A stretch of 64,000 bases of DNA, taken from positions 336-64,335 of the forward strand of contig CAYNSP010000001.1 of NCBI GenBank assembly GCA_964400035.1, given 5' to 3'. Below are positions 38,108 through 47,134 of the stretch, piece after piece (position 1 is the stretch's first letter; every line of letters begins with the position of its first letter). Under the pieces are notes generated by a model. The model saw only the letters and a program-made list of their open reading frames with translations. It did not search any database and was not told the DNA's origin. Origin of the DNA: an uncultured Acidimicrobiaceae bacterium. GTDB taxonomy: Bacteria > Actinomycetota > Acidimicrobiia > Spongiisociales > ZC4RG35. The position numbers and the translations under genes are program-made.

Positions 38108-39190
38108 CTACCAGGGACGTTCCGCCATCTCCTCGGTCATCGGTTCGGGGATCTCGACCGACTCGGGCAGGCTGGCGTACTCGTTGAGTCTGTCGATCAG
38201 CTGGCGGAGTCTGCCGAAGTGGCGACGGTCGAAATGGAGTGAGATCCGTTCGCAATCGAGGGCGTCTTGGTCGGCGACTTCTGCCTCGGTCGGTTCGACT
38301 GCCGTGATCCGACCCGACACCAGGAGGTCGGCGAACTCGGCGGAGAGTTCCTGGAGCATCGCATCGTCGGGTGCCATTCGGAGACGGAGGATGAGCCTGC
38401 CCGAGTCGTACCGCTGTGAGTGATAGTTGGAGTAGAACTGGGCGATGTGCTGACCGGCTTCAATCGGGTCGGTTGTGTAATGGAACAGGGAGAGGTCCGA
38501 CTCGGCGATGAACCCGTTCCTCATCTGCACATCCGTGATGAAATCGATCATCGGGACCCAGAAGCCCGCCCCCTCTGCCTCGAGGAAGACGATCGGATGC
38601 ATGTCACTTTTGCCCGTCTGAATCAGGGTGAGCAACTCGAATGCCTCGTCGAGCGTCCCCCAACCTCCGGGGAGGATGCAGAAGGCATGGGACTCCTTGA
38701 CGAACCCGAGCTTGCGGGTGAAGAAGTACTTGAAATTGACGGTTCGCTCCGGCGCCAGGAACCGGTTCGGTTCGGCCTCGAAGGGGAGCCGGATATTCAC
38801 ACCATACGAATTGGCGACGCCGGCACCACGATTGCCCGCCTCCATGATTCCCGGGCCAGCCCCGGTGATCACGCCCCAACCCTGTTCCACCATGATCCGG
38901 GCGAACTCTCCTGCGATCACATAGTTCGGATTGTCCTCGCGGAGCCGGGCCGAGCCGTAGATGGTCACCTTGGGCTCCTTGTGCCTGGAGAACACCAGGT
39001 TCGAGTACCGCATCTCCTTCACTGCGGTGTTGATCAGACGGAGGTCTGCCCGTTTCGGCCGGTCGCGGTGGAGACGGAGGATCGTGGTGATCAACTCGGC
39101 GATCAGGTCTTCGTCGGGGTTGTCCGAGGCGAGGGCGATCAACTCGCGTATGCGCGAGTCGAGATCGGGATTGCCCAACTCGTAGGTCAT
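38108..39190 (-). CDS. LOG-family protein (cytokinin riboside 5'-monophosphate phosphoribohydrolase / nucleotide N-glycosidase family) with N- and C-terminal extensions.
   Basis: GGGPG-type motif ITGAGPGIMEAGNRGA. Canonical PGGWGTLDEAFE. About 360 aa versus about 190 aa for a minimal LOG, i.e. the long PpnN-like class. Start at MTYELGNPDLD, 14 nt after the CobS-like stop. Confidence 0.75.
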   Translation of the reverse strand: MTYELGNPDLDSRIRELIALASDNPDEDLIAELITTILRLHRDRPKRADLRLINTAVKEMRYSNLVFSRHKEPKVTIYGSARLREDNPNYVIAGEFARIMVEQGWGVITGAGPGIMEAGNRGAGVANSYGVNIRLPFEAEPNRFLAPERTVNFKYFFTRKLGFVKESHAFCILPGGWGTLDEAFELLTLIQTGKSDMHPIVFLEAEGAGFWVPMIDFITDVQMRNGFIAESDLSLFHYTTDPIEAGQHIAQFYSNYHSQRYDSGRLILRLRMAPDDAMLQELSAEFADLLVSGRITAVEPTEAEVADQDALDCERISLHFDRRHFGRLRQLIDRLNEYASLPESVEIPEPMTEEMAERPW

Positions 39191-39203
39191 CGACGGGAAC
39201 GTA

Positions 39204-40199
39204 TCACGATCCGAACGGCGGGCCCGACGGACCCTTCCGGACGACCGCGTTCCAGACCGTCTCGTAGTGGTCACGATCGAAGGCGTCGACATGGGGGAGA
39301 ACGAACTCGTCCCATGTGCTCCGGAGCGGGTCGGTCTCACCAGAGTGGACCAGCAACCCGGTTGGAATCCGGTCGAGCACCGTACGGAGCGACAGCGGGG
39401 TCTCCACCCTCACTCCGGTGTCGGTGGTCTCGAACGATGCGTTGATCTCGACGGTGAGACGGGAGATGGCCTCGACGAACTCGGGTCGCAGGTTCGGATA
39501 TCTCCGCTCCAGCATCGCCCGGACCTGGTCCTCACCCGGGAAACGCTTCTCCCAGATCACCCAGCGGTCGGCGAAGGCCTTGTTGAGGGTCTGGGTGCCC
39601 GCATAGTCACGGATGTCGGTCGGGTTCATCGTCCCGAAGATTCGGACGTCCTCACGGAGCCTCACCGTGTCGCCGTTGGGCAGGTCGAGTGCCGCGTATC
39701 GGTCGAGGAGACCGTGGAGGGCGAACAGGGTCTCCGCCCCGGCCGCGTTGAGTTCGGAGAGATTGACCAGGGCAGGTCCGCGGAGGGCGCGGGTGATGTC
39801 TCCGTCCTCCCAACGGCTCTCAGTCCCACCCTTGCCGTCTCCGTGGAGACGGGTCGATCCGATCAAGGTCACATCGCGGACCTCACCGGTGAGCGGGATC
39901 CTGAAGTAGGGGAGACCGAGGGCGGCAGCGAACTGCTCGATGTCATGGTCTTTTCCGGTGCCCATGTGGCCGCGGACCGCGACATGGAGCGGGACCAGAC
40001 CGACCGCCCCAGATCGACGTGCCGCCTCCAGTTGGGCGAACCGATAGAGCATCCCTAGATCGACATAGTGAGGATCGGGTTCGGGGATCTTGCGTTGGCG
40101 TAGCTCGGCGTTGTCGTCCCCGGACGAGACCTCGAACTTCTCCAGCTCGATCGGGGGCCGCTCTCCGCGGGGATCGTGGAATACGACTGTCTCAGGCAA
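39204..40199 (-). CDS. CobS-like AAA+ ATPase (AAA_5 / CbbQ-NorQ-CobS clade).
   Basis: RGHMGTGKDHDIEQFAAALGLPYFRIPLTGEVRDVTLIGSTRL closely follows the CobS pattern (GxHGTGKSxHIEQxAAxL...DLxG). Walker B/sensor region DVRIFGTMNP. TTG start per track. Confidence 0.7.
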   Translation of the reverse strand: MPETVVFHDPRGERPPIELEKFEVSSGDDNAELRQRKIPEPDPHYVDLGMLYRFAQLEAARRSGAVGLVPLHVAVRGHMGTGKDHDIEQFAAALGLPYFRIPLTGEVRDVTLIGSTRLHGDGKGGTESRWEDGDITRALRGPALVNLSELNAAGAETLFALHGLLDRYAALDLPNGDTVRLREDVRIFGTMNPTDIRDYAGTQTLNKAFADRWVIWEKRFPGEDQVRAMLERRYPNLRPEFVEAISRLTVEINASFETTDTGVRVETPLSLRTVLDRIPTGLLVHSGETDPLRSTWDEFVLPHVDAFDRDHYETVWNAVVRKGPSGPPFGS

Positions 40200-42306
40200 T
40201 TGCTTTCTCCTTGGCTCGAAATTCGGATGCCCGAAGCCACCAGGTGTCCATCCCGGAGAGACTCAGGCTGCGTCGTAAGGCGTCGCGTGTCCCGTCGACC
40301 ATCGCTCGGGCAAGCTGATCAGGCTGATCGACGGCTTCATGACGGCGGTATGCGACATCCATCGTGTGGTCCCCGATGCCGAGGCCAATGACGGTGGTGC
40401 CGCTCAACTCGACCTCCTGGACGGATTTGGTCAATGCCTCGACCGAACCCCGGGTCATACCGTCGGCGAGCACCATCAGGATCCTGACATCGGCTCCGAG
40501 ACGACCCATCCGGTCGGCGGCATGGATCAGGTTCATCTCGTCGACGTTGGCCGCCTTCTCGAAGAGGGATATCGGTGGCGATGTTTCCGGCGAACGCCGC
40601 GCCTGACCGGCAGCCTTCGCAGGTTCGGAGGCGGTATAGAACAGGCCGGCCATCGATTGACGGGAGTCCCGCCATCTTCGGTCGAAGGGCTTCACCAGAT
40701 AGTGATTGACGGTTGTGATCAGGCGGTCGGCGGCGGCACCCTGGGTTCTGCGCAACCCGGCAGTGGCTGCCGACCTGGCCCGACGGTAGGAGCCCTCGGT
40801 GTCGGTGGCTCGGGCGGCGAAACCACGATTGAACAAGGCAACCTCGAAGTCGATCTGGAGTTCGTCACAGAGCATCGCCATCGTCCACGCCCCGAACATC
40901 GCAGCCGACATTGCCCAGGAGGTACCGGCACCGGGAGCCCTCCCCGGGCTGAGCATCGAGGCGGAGGCGTCCACCAGGAGGGACACCGCATAGTGTCTCC
41001 GGGTCCTCGCCGCCCGCCGCTCGTAGAGCCGCTCGTACAAACCCGCCCCGATGAACAGGGCAGAGTGCGGGGACACGTCGCCCTGATCGAAGCCGGACCG
41101 AAGACCGCGACGCTGGTTGGCGGCGAACAACGGGAACAGCTCACCGGAGACCCGACGCTGGGCGATGTTCCATTTCCGGGCCGCCTCGGCCAATGCCGCC
41201 ATCCCCGCCTCCCCGAATGCGTTGAAAGCGACCGGGATCGGGGTCACGATCAGCTTCCCACCCTGACCGGTGGGCAGATAGACATCGGGGGCCTGACTGA
41301 CCCGGAGGAGCTGTTCGGTCGATTCTTCCCCGGCGAGATCTGATGGGCCGCGTCGGTCCGAGACGCCCGACCGGGAGTCCGAAGAACGGCGGCTCTCGTG
41401 ATACGACTCGGAGTCCTGAACGATGGGGGAGACCATCCGCACCGTGTCGACCCCGGAGGCGGCATCTTCGGTGTTCTTCTGGTCGGCCGCCTTGCGTTGG
41501 GCGTTGCTTGCACCATCGGGGACCTCGGTGATCAGACCATGGGTCCGGGCGATCGCCTCCAATTCGAGGGCCAGCCGGGCCACATGCCAGGGGTCGTCGC
41601 TGTCCGCCGCCTCACGGAAATGGTCGGTGCCGTCGTCGATGGCAACCGCTGCCTTGGCCTCGAATCTTCTCTCCAGGAGTTCACGCTCGACATAACCACC
41701 GGTCAGGAGGAAGCATCCGAGGACGAACTGGCTCAGCGCACCCGACTTGGAGATGGCCTGGCTCAGCGAGGAGAGGTAGAGATCTTGAAGGACCGATCGG
41801 GCCCCCGGATAGGAAGCCATGCCCTGGTACTCCTGACGGGCGTCCTCCAGGGCGAAGAAGATGACTTCGGCGACGGGTCGGCCGGTCAGGTCCAATGCGG
41901 TGAGCAAGTCGGTCTCGATGTCCTCACGTCTTTCGCCTTCGACGGGCCAATCGGCCGGGAGCTTCCGGACCTCGTCGAAATTGGTGGAGACCAGATGCAT
42001 CACCTCGTGGAATGCTGACGCCAGTGCCACCTCGTCGGGGGTTACCGGAGCGTTCCGGTGATAGGCGGCCTGGAAGATGCGGGGGTCACAGACGATCTCG
42101 TCCTGGGAGACGGCAGTCTCCGATCCGAGACGAACCCTGAGATGTGGATTCTCGGAGAGACTTCTGGCGAGTCTGGTCACTGCAGGCGCGACCCGCTGAT
42201 ACCGGCTGACCACGGCCTCGATGGCCCGGTCTTCCGGTGAAATCAGATCGCTGAGAAAGGTCTGGTCGCGTCCGCGCATGACCGGCCATTGTCTCATGCC
42301 TGTCAA
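40192..42306 (-). CDS. CobT/NorD-like protein with C-terminal von Willebrand A domain and N-terminal HExxH motif.
   Basis: C-terminal VWA with MIDAS VSLLVDASASM ... ILMVLADG. N-terminal region contains ASAFHEVMHL (HExxH). 704 aa. The stop is 2 nt before the CobS-like start. Confidence 0.7.
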   Translation of the reverse strand: MTGMRQWPVMRGRDQTFLSDLISPEDRAIEAVVSRYQRVAPAVTRLARSLSENPHLRVRLGSETAVSQDEIVCDPRIFQAAYHRNAPVTPDEVALASAFHEVMHLVSTNFDEVRKLPADWPVEGERREDIETDLLTALDLTGRPVAEVIFFALEDARQEYQGMASYPGARSVLQDLYLSSLSQAISKSGALSQFVLGCFLLTGGYVERELLERRFEAKAAVAIDDGTDHFREAADSDDPWHVARLALELEAIARTHGLITEVPDGASNAQRKAADQKNTEDAASGVDTVRMVSPIVQDSESYHESRRSSDSRSGVSDRRGPSDLAGEESTEQLLRVSQAPDVYLPTGQGGKLIVTPIPVAFNAFGEAGMAALAEAARKWNIAQRRVSGELFPLFAANQRRGLRSGFDQGDVSPHSALFIGAGLYERLYERRAARTRRHYAVSLLVDASASMLSPGRAPGAGTSWAMSAAMFGAWTMAMLCDELQIDFEVALFNRGFAARATDTEGSYRRARSAATAGLRRTQGAAADRLITTVNHYLVKPFDRRWRDSRQSMAGLFYTASEPAKAAGQARRSPETSPPISLFEKAANVDEMNLIHAADRMGRLGADVRILMVLADGMTRGSVEALTKSVQEVELSGTTVIGLGIGDHTMDVAYRRHEAVDQPDQLARAMVDGTRDALRRSLSLSGMDTWWLRASEFRAKEKAIA

Positions 42307-42396
42307 ACATCATGACGGGGTAGGGCAGTCGTTACGTCGAGTCGAGCCCGGTAGACATCTCTGCCTAATCCCCACGACCGATATACCCTCCAACCG

Positions 42397-43653
42397 GTGT
42401 ATTACGACCTGACCAGACTTCCCAACGGCGTGCGGGTGATCACTGAGAGCATGCCGTCGCTCCGTTCAGTCGCTCTCGGCTGCTGGATAGACACGGGCAC
42501 CCGCGACGAGAACGACAACGAAGCTGGCGTCTCCCACTTCCTCGAACACCTCCTCTTCAAAGGTTCGGAAAAGCTTTCCGCCCGTGATGTCTCGGAGACA
42601 TTCGACGCCATCGGGGCCGAATCGAACGCATTCACCTCGAAGGAGGCCACCTGTTACTGGGCCCGTCTCCTCGACCAGGAGATGCCGACCGGTCTCGACA
42701 TCCTGGCTGAGATCATCCAGCGTCCCGCCTTCCGGCCCCATGAAATCGAAGCGGAGCGCCAGGTCGTCATCGAAGAGATCAACATGTCCGAAGACGACCC
42801 GGACGACGTCGCATTCGAGAACTTCACCACCCGGTTCTTTACCGGGCATGCCCTGGCCGCACCGGTGCTTGGCACCCGGGAGTCGATCAGGGGAATGACC
42901 CGCGATGACATCAACGGTTACTGGAAGCGTCGGTACGGGGCAGGCTCGATGGTGGTGGCGGCAGCAGGGTCGGTCGACCATGAGTCTTTCGTCGGGATGA
43001 TCGCCGAACGATTCGGCGAGTGGAGTGGTGAGGCCGTCGACCACACCAACTCGACGATTGTTCCGGACAGCGGGGTGCAGGTCACCGGACGCGACACCGA
43101 GCAGGCCCATGTGGTAATCGGAGGTCCCGGACTGGCCAGGGACGATGACCGTCGTTGGGCCTTCGAGGTGCTCAATCACATCGTGGGGGGTGGGATGTCG
43201 TCCCGACTCTTCAGGGAGATCCGTGAGGAGCGGGGTCTGGCGTACGCCGTCTACGGGTTCAAGCTCTCCTACGCCGACAACGGCGCCTGGGGTATCTACG
43301 TCGGGACCACACCGACCCAGACCGACACCTGCATGAGCATCATCAGGGAAGAACTGGCCAAAGTGGTGGCAGAGGGGATCACTCCCGCCGAATTGGAACG
43401 GGCCAAAGGTTCAATCCGCGGAGGTTTGGCCCTCGCCCTGGAGGATCCGAACAGCCGGATGATCAAGCTGGGTCGTGACGAGTTGAGTGGGACGCCTCAT
43501 CTCTCAGTCGACGATCGTCTCGCCCGACTCGAGGCGATCGACCTGGCACAGGTACAGCAGGTCGCCGTGGATCTCTACGGCCGACCGGAGCGGGTGATCG
43601 GAGCGGTCGGTCCGTTCGACGAATCCGACCTCACTCCCTACCTCGAGAACTAG
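42397..43653 (+). CDS. M16-family (pitrilysin/insulinase-like) zinc peptidase.
   Basis: Inverted zinc motif HFLEHLLFKGSEK (HxxEH). 418 aa. Divergent from the VWA gene. Confidence 0.85.
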   Translation: MYYDLTRLPNGVRVITESMPSLRSVALGCWIDTGTRDENDNEAGVSHFLEHLLFKGSEKLSARDVSETFDAIGAESNAFTSKEATCYWARLLDQEMPTGLDILAEIIQRPAFRPHEIEAERQVVIEEINMSEDDPDDVAFENFTTRFFTGHALAAPVLGTRESIRGMTRDDINGYWKRRYGAGSMVVAAAGSVDHESFVGMIAERFGEWSGEAVDHTNSTIVPDSGVQVTGRDTEQAHVVIGGPGLARDDDRRWAFEVLNHIVGGGMSSRLFREIREERGLAYAVYGFKLSYADNGAWGIYVGTTPTQTDTCMSIIREELAKVVAEGITPAELERAKGSIRGGLALALEDPNSRMIKLGRDELSGTPHLSVDDRLARLEAIDLAQVQQVAVDLYGRPERVIGAVGPFDESDLTPYLEN

Positions 43654-43988
43654 TCGCCGGGACTGAACTCCAGGCTCATCGGCCTCTCGTCGAACTGAAT
43701 GACGCCGGCGGTGGCGTCGACCCGCACGAGCTGCAATCCACCACCCAATTGGTGAACGCCGTCACCGGTTGGCCAACCCTGGATCCGGTAGTCAGCGACA
43801 GGGTGGCGGCTGGTCCAGAGAATCGACTGCAGACCCTGCGTCAGGGTGATCGCCCCGATGGGGCCACTCGCCGGTTCCAGTGTCGCACCCGGTGAGGGTG
43901 CCTCGAATCTGGCCAGCTGGGAGAAACCGAGCAGAGCGAGAAGGCCGACGATCACGGTGCGGGAGAGGACGGTTGGCATCGCTGACAA
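43650..43988 (-). CDS. Hypothetical secreted protein.
   Basis: N-terminal hydrophobic signal (MSAMPTVLSRTVIVGLLALLGFSQLA). No domain recognised. Confidence 0.35.
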   Translation of the reverse strand: MSAMPTVLSRTVIVGLLALLGFSQLARFEAPSPGATLEPASGPIGAITLTQGLQSILWTSRHPVADYRIQGWPTGDGVHQLGGGLQLVRVDATAGVIQFDERPMSLEFSPGD

Positions 43989-44007
43989 CCTAAGCCCGGA
44001 GGGCCGG

Positions 44008-44343
44008 TTACTGAACCGCTATCTCCACAAACTGCGAAAGGACTAGTCCGTAGACCAGGGCTACGAAGACCAGGATCAGACCGAGAGCGATCGCCGAACG
44101 TTCCCGTTTTGCTGCCGAGCGGGCAATGAGAAAGCCCGCCGCGACCCAGAAGGTCACATCGAGCGGCCAGGCCAGAACAAGTTCACCGAATAGAACCCCG
44201 AATGCGGCAGAGATGGGACCCCCGGCGTAAAGCATGGTCAGGGCCAGGGTCTCGCACATGCCGGTGCAGGTGTCCTGACCGGCGAGGGTGAGTCCGATTG
44301 CGAGAAACACCGCGGCAAGACCGAGCAGGAGGACGGTGACCAT
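44008..44343 (-). CDS. Hypothetical small membrane protein.
   Basis: Three predicted TM helices (MVTVLLLGLAAVFLAIGLTLAG...). The leader of track ORF (to 44505) was trimmed to avoid overlap with the divergent gene. Confidence 0.4.
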   Translation of the reverse strand: MVTVLLLGLAAVFLAIGLTLAGQDTCTGMCETLALTMLYAGGPISAAFGVLFGELVLAWPLDVTFWVAAGFLIARSAAKRERSAIALGLILVFVALVYGLVLSQFVEIAVQ

Positions 44344-44472
44344 GGCGGCCTCACGGCATCCGGGGGCGTTGGCTGCTGGAGTCACCGGCGGGATGGTAAG
44401 GCTCCGTGGTTCGAACCTGTATCCGGAGACTTTGGCGACCCGGCTACCGTGATGATCAAAAGGAAAGGCCAG

Positions 44473-44925
44473 ATGGAACTCAGAGAAATCATGTTGATCC
44501 TGCACATCATCGGAGCAGGAACCTGGTTGGGAGCGAACATGGTTCAGTTCGCCGTATCCCGACCCGCAAGTCTGGAGGGGCCAAAGGTGGCTGCAGCATG
44601 GTCCCGGATGGCAGCCAACATGGGCACCAAGCTCTACATGCCGGCCGGTCTTCTGGTCCTGCTCTCGGGAGTTGTCCTGGTGGTCGACAGCGATGTGTAC
44701 ACCTTCGGGTCACGGTTCGTCACCATCGGCATGGCTGCCGTGATCATCGGTGCCGTCCTGGGCCCGACCGTGTTCGGGCCGGGTGGTCACAAACATGCCG
44801 AGGCGGTCGAAGCCGGTGACGAGGCCACCGCCCGCCGGATCGGGTCGCGGATCACCCGGTTTGCTCTACTCGACACCCTGGTGGTCATCCTTGCCATCGT
44901 GGTGATGGTGCTTCGTTGGGTTTAA
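44473..44925 (+). CDS. DUF2269-like four-TM membrane protein.
   Basis: MELREIMLILHIIGAGTWLGANMVQFAV... with four hydrophobic helices. No catalytic motif. Confidence 0.4.
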   Translation: MELREIMLILHIIGAGTWLGANMVQFAVSRPASLEGPKVAAAWSRMAANMGTKLYMPAGLLVLLSGVVLVVDSDVYTFGSRFVTIGMAAVIIGAVLGPTVFGPGGHKHAEAVEAGDEATARRIGSRITRFALLDTLVVILAIVVMVLRWV

Positions 44926-46208
44926 CCCGACGGCAAGGTAGTTCGGTTGCCATAACTCTGGTCCTGGCGGCTTGCAGCAGCTTTCCCCTCGGTTTGGTCC
45001 CGACGACGACCACCGATCCAACAACCACGACGACCACCACATCCACGACAACCACGATCCCGACAACCACTACGACCACCCTCCCCCCGGTTGAGGCCAC
45101 GGGGAGGGTCGTCGACCCCGACGGGCGACCTATCGCCGGTGTCACCGTCCGGTTGGGCGAGAGTCTGGCCACCACCCTGGCCGACGGCAGCTTCCTGGTG
45201 TCGGCGAGCACTCCGTCCGATCTCATCTTCTCCGGGCCGGGCCGGGTACAGACTGAAGTCGGTTGGCACGACGGGGAGCACACCGTCACGTTGGAGCCGA
45301 TGGTGGTGCGGGGCCTCCGTGTCGGTGCGGGCGCCGCCGGGAACGAGGACCTCTTCAATGAAATTCTCGACCTGGCAGAACGAACCGTGGTCAATGCCCT
45401 TGTCTTCGACACCAAACAGGAGGGTGGACAGGTGCTCTATGACACCACCGTCCAGGAAGCCCATCAGATCGGTGCGGTGGCCGTCCATTACGACCCCCAC
45501 ACGGTCCTGGCCAGGGCGAAAGGAGCCGGGTTGTACACGATCACACGGATCGTCGCCTTCGAGGACAGGTTCCGGGCCAACGCATACCGGGAGGAGAAGC
45601 TGGCCGGACCGTGGGTCGATCCGGCGGCGCCGGGCGTCCGCCGATACAACCTCGACCTGGCGATCGAGGCCTGCTCGCTCGGTTTCGACGAGATCCAGTT
45701 CGACTATGTCCGCTACCCGACAGGGGTCGCCGGGCAGCAGGGGAGTCACCGCAATCTGACCGAGGAGCAACGTGTCGCCAACATCGCTTCCTTCCTGGAA
45801 CTGGCCCGGGCCGAACTGGCCCCGCTCGGATGCGCGGTGAGTGCCGACATCTTCGGGATCGTGGTGTCGACCGCCAACGATCAGGGCATAGGCCAGATCC
45901 CCGAAGACCTCTCCCGACATCTGGACGCGATCAGCCCCATGGTGTATCCCAGCCACTACGACAACGGGTGGATCGGGCTCGCCAACCCGAATGACCACCC
46001 ATACCGGGTTGTGGCCAATGCTCTCGACTCGGCGGGACCACGTGTCGAAGCGGGGGTTCTCCGACCCTGGCTTCAGGCGTTCTGGTGGACCAATCAGCAG
46101 ATCAGGGAGTCCATCCGCGCTGCGGAAGAGAGGGGCGTCGGTTGGCTGCTCTGGAATTCTGGAAGCCGGTTCGACCTGGCAGCCATCCCTGTGGAGGGCG
46201 ACGGGTGA
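44916..46208 (+). CDS. Putative glycoside hydrolase-like lipoprotein (DUF4015/GHL-type TIM barrel).
   Basis: Lipobox LVLAAC|SS. Poly-Thr linker. Then ALVFDTKQEGG, FDEIQFDYVRYP and VYPSHY, motifs characteristic of the DUF4015 putative glycosyl hydrolase family. Confidence 0.6.
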   Translation: MGLTRRQGSSVAITLVLAACSSFPLGLVPTTTTDPTTTTTTTSTTTTIPTTTTTTLPPVEATGRVVDPDGRPIAGVTVRLGESLATTLADGSFLVSASTPSDLIFSGPGRVQTEVGWHDGEHTVTLEPMVVRGLRVGAGAAGNEDLFNEILDLAERTVVNALVFDTKQEGGQVLYDTTVQEAHQIGAVAVHYDPHTVLARAKGAGLYTITRIVAFEDRFRANAYREEKLAGPWVDPAAPGVRRYNLDLAIEACSLGFDEIQFDYVRYPTGVAGQQGSHRNLTEEQRVANIASFLELARAELAPLGCAVSADIFGIVVSTANDQGIGQIPEDLSRHLDAISPMVYPSHYDNGWIGLANPNDHPYRVVANALDSAGPRVEAGVLRPWLQAFWWTNQQIRESIRAAEERGVGWLLWNSGSRFDLAAIPVEGDG

Positions 46209-47083
46209 AGATCGGGATCCAACTCCCGGAAGTCGAGCGGCCGGTGACCTGGGCCGAGATGCGTGACATCGTCCGTGCCATCGAGTCATGTGGTTTTGAC
46301 TCGGTGTGGATGGGTGACCATCTTCTGTATCGCCACGCCGACGGGGTGGCCCGGGGACCGTATGAGGTGTGGACCGGTCTGGCGGCTGTCGCCGAGATGA
46401 CAGAGCGCGTCGAACTCGGGCCACTGGTTGCCTCGACCTCATTCCACTCCCCGGTGATGCTGGCCAAGAAGGCCGCCACCGTCGACGACATCAGTGGAGG
46501 TCGTCTCATCCTCGGGCTCGGGGCGGGATGGAACCGGGTCGAATACGAGGCATTTGGCTTCCCTTTCGATCGACGGGTCGACCGATTCGAAGAGGCGTTC
46601 ACCGTCATCCGGACCCTGTTACGTGATGGGTTCATCGACTTCCGGGGTCGGTACTACACGTTCCGCGACGCTGAACTGGTGCCCCGCCCGCGACCCGACA
46701 TTCCCTTACTGATCGGTTCCCGCGGTCCCCGGATGCTCCGGATCACCGTTCCGCATGTCGACATGTGGAACACCTGGTACGTCGACTACGGGAACCGTCC
46801 TGAGGGTCTTGGCGACCTGACCCAGAAGCTCGATGCGATCTGTGCCGAAGTCGGGAGGGACCCATCCCGGATCGAACGAACCGCGGCGGTCTACGTTCAG
46901 CTCCCCCGGGGGAGAGGTCGGAGTCCCGGGAGCAAGGAGCGGTCTCCGACCGGACCGATCCTGGCGGCGGATTTCCGTGAGTCACTGGTGGGATTCGAAC
47001 AGGCGGGGATCGGGCATCTCCAGGTCGTCCTCGACCCGATCGATGCAGCCGGGGTGGAGGAGTTGGCCTCCCTGATCCATTGA
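46205..47083 (+). CDS. LLM-class (luciferase-like) F420-dependent oxidoreductase.
   Basis: VKIGIQLPE...FDSVWMGDHLL...LILGLGAGW is the typical LLM TIM-barrel. The GTG start overlaps the upstream stop (GTGA). Confidence 0.75.
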   Translation: MKIGIQLPEVERPVTWAEMRDIVRAIESCGFDSVWMGDHLLYRHADGVARGPYEVWTGLAAVAEMTERVELGPLVASTSFHSPVMLAKKAATVDDISGGRLILGLGAGWNRVEYEAFGFPFDRRVDRFEEAFTVIRTLLRDGFIDFRGRYYTFRDAELVPRPRPDIPLLIGSRGPRMLRITVPHVDMWNTWYVDYGNRPEGLGDLTQKLDAICAEVGRDPSRIERTAAVYVQLPRGRGRSPGSKERSPTGPILAADFRESLVGFEQAGIGHLQVVLDPIDAAGVEELASLIH

Positions 47084-47084
47084 C

Positions 47085-47134
47085 TTGACAAATGGTCGGG
47101 AATACCCGACCATACGGGAATGGCCGACCATTCG
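47085..47134. promoter_or_regulatory. Putative promoter/operator of the arsR-MFS operon: TTGACA -35 box followed by palindrome ATGGTCGGG-AATA-CCCGACCAT and a second copy, GAATGGCCGACCATTC, overlapping the arsR start codon.
   Basis: Read directly from sequence. Three copies of the half-site CCGACCAT or its complement ATGGTCGG within 45 nt. Confidence 0.55.

Noticed and set aside
40339-42018. Plus-strand ORFs (334 aa and 206 aa) antisense to the CobT-like VWA gene.
   Set aside because: The VWA/MIDAS frame and the tight coupling to the CobS-like gene support the minus strand. The antisense ORFs lack motifs.
44922-46442. 506-aa minus-strand ORF antisense to the DUF4015 lipoprotein and LLM genes.
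   Set aside because: It spans two well-supported plus-strand genes and is Arg/Pro/Gly-rich.
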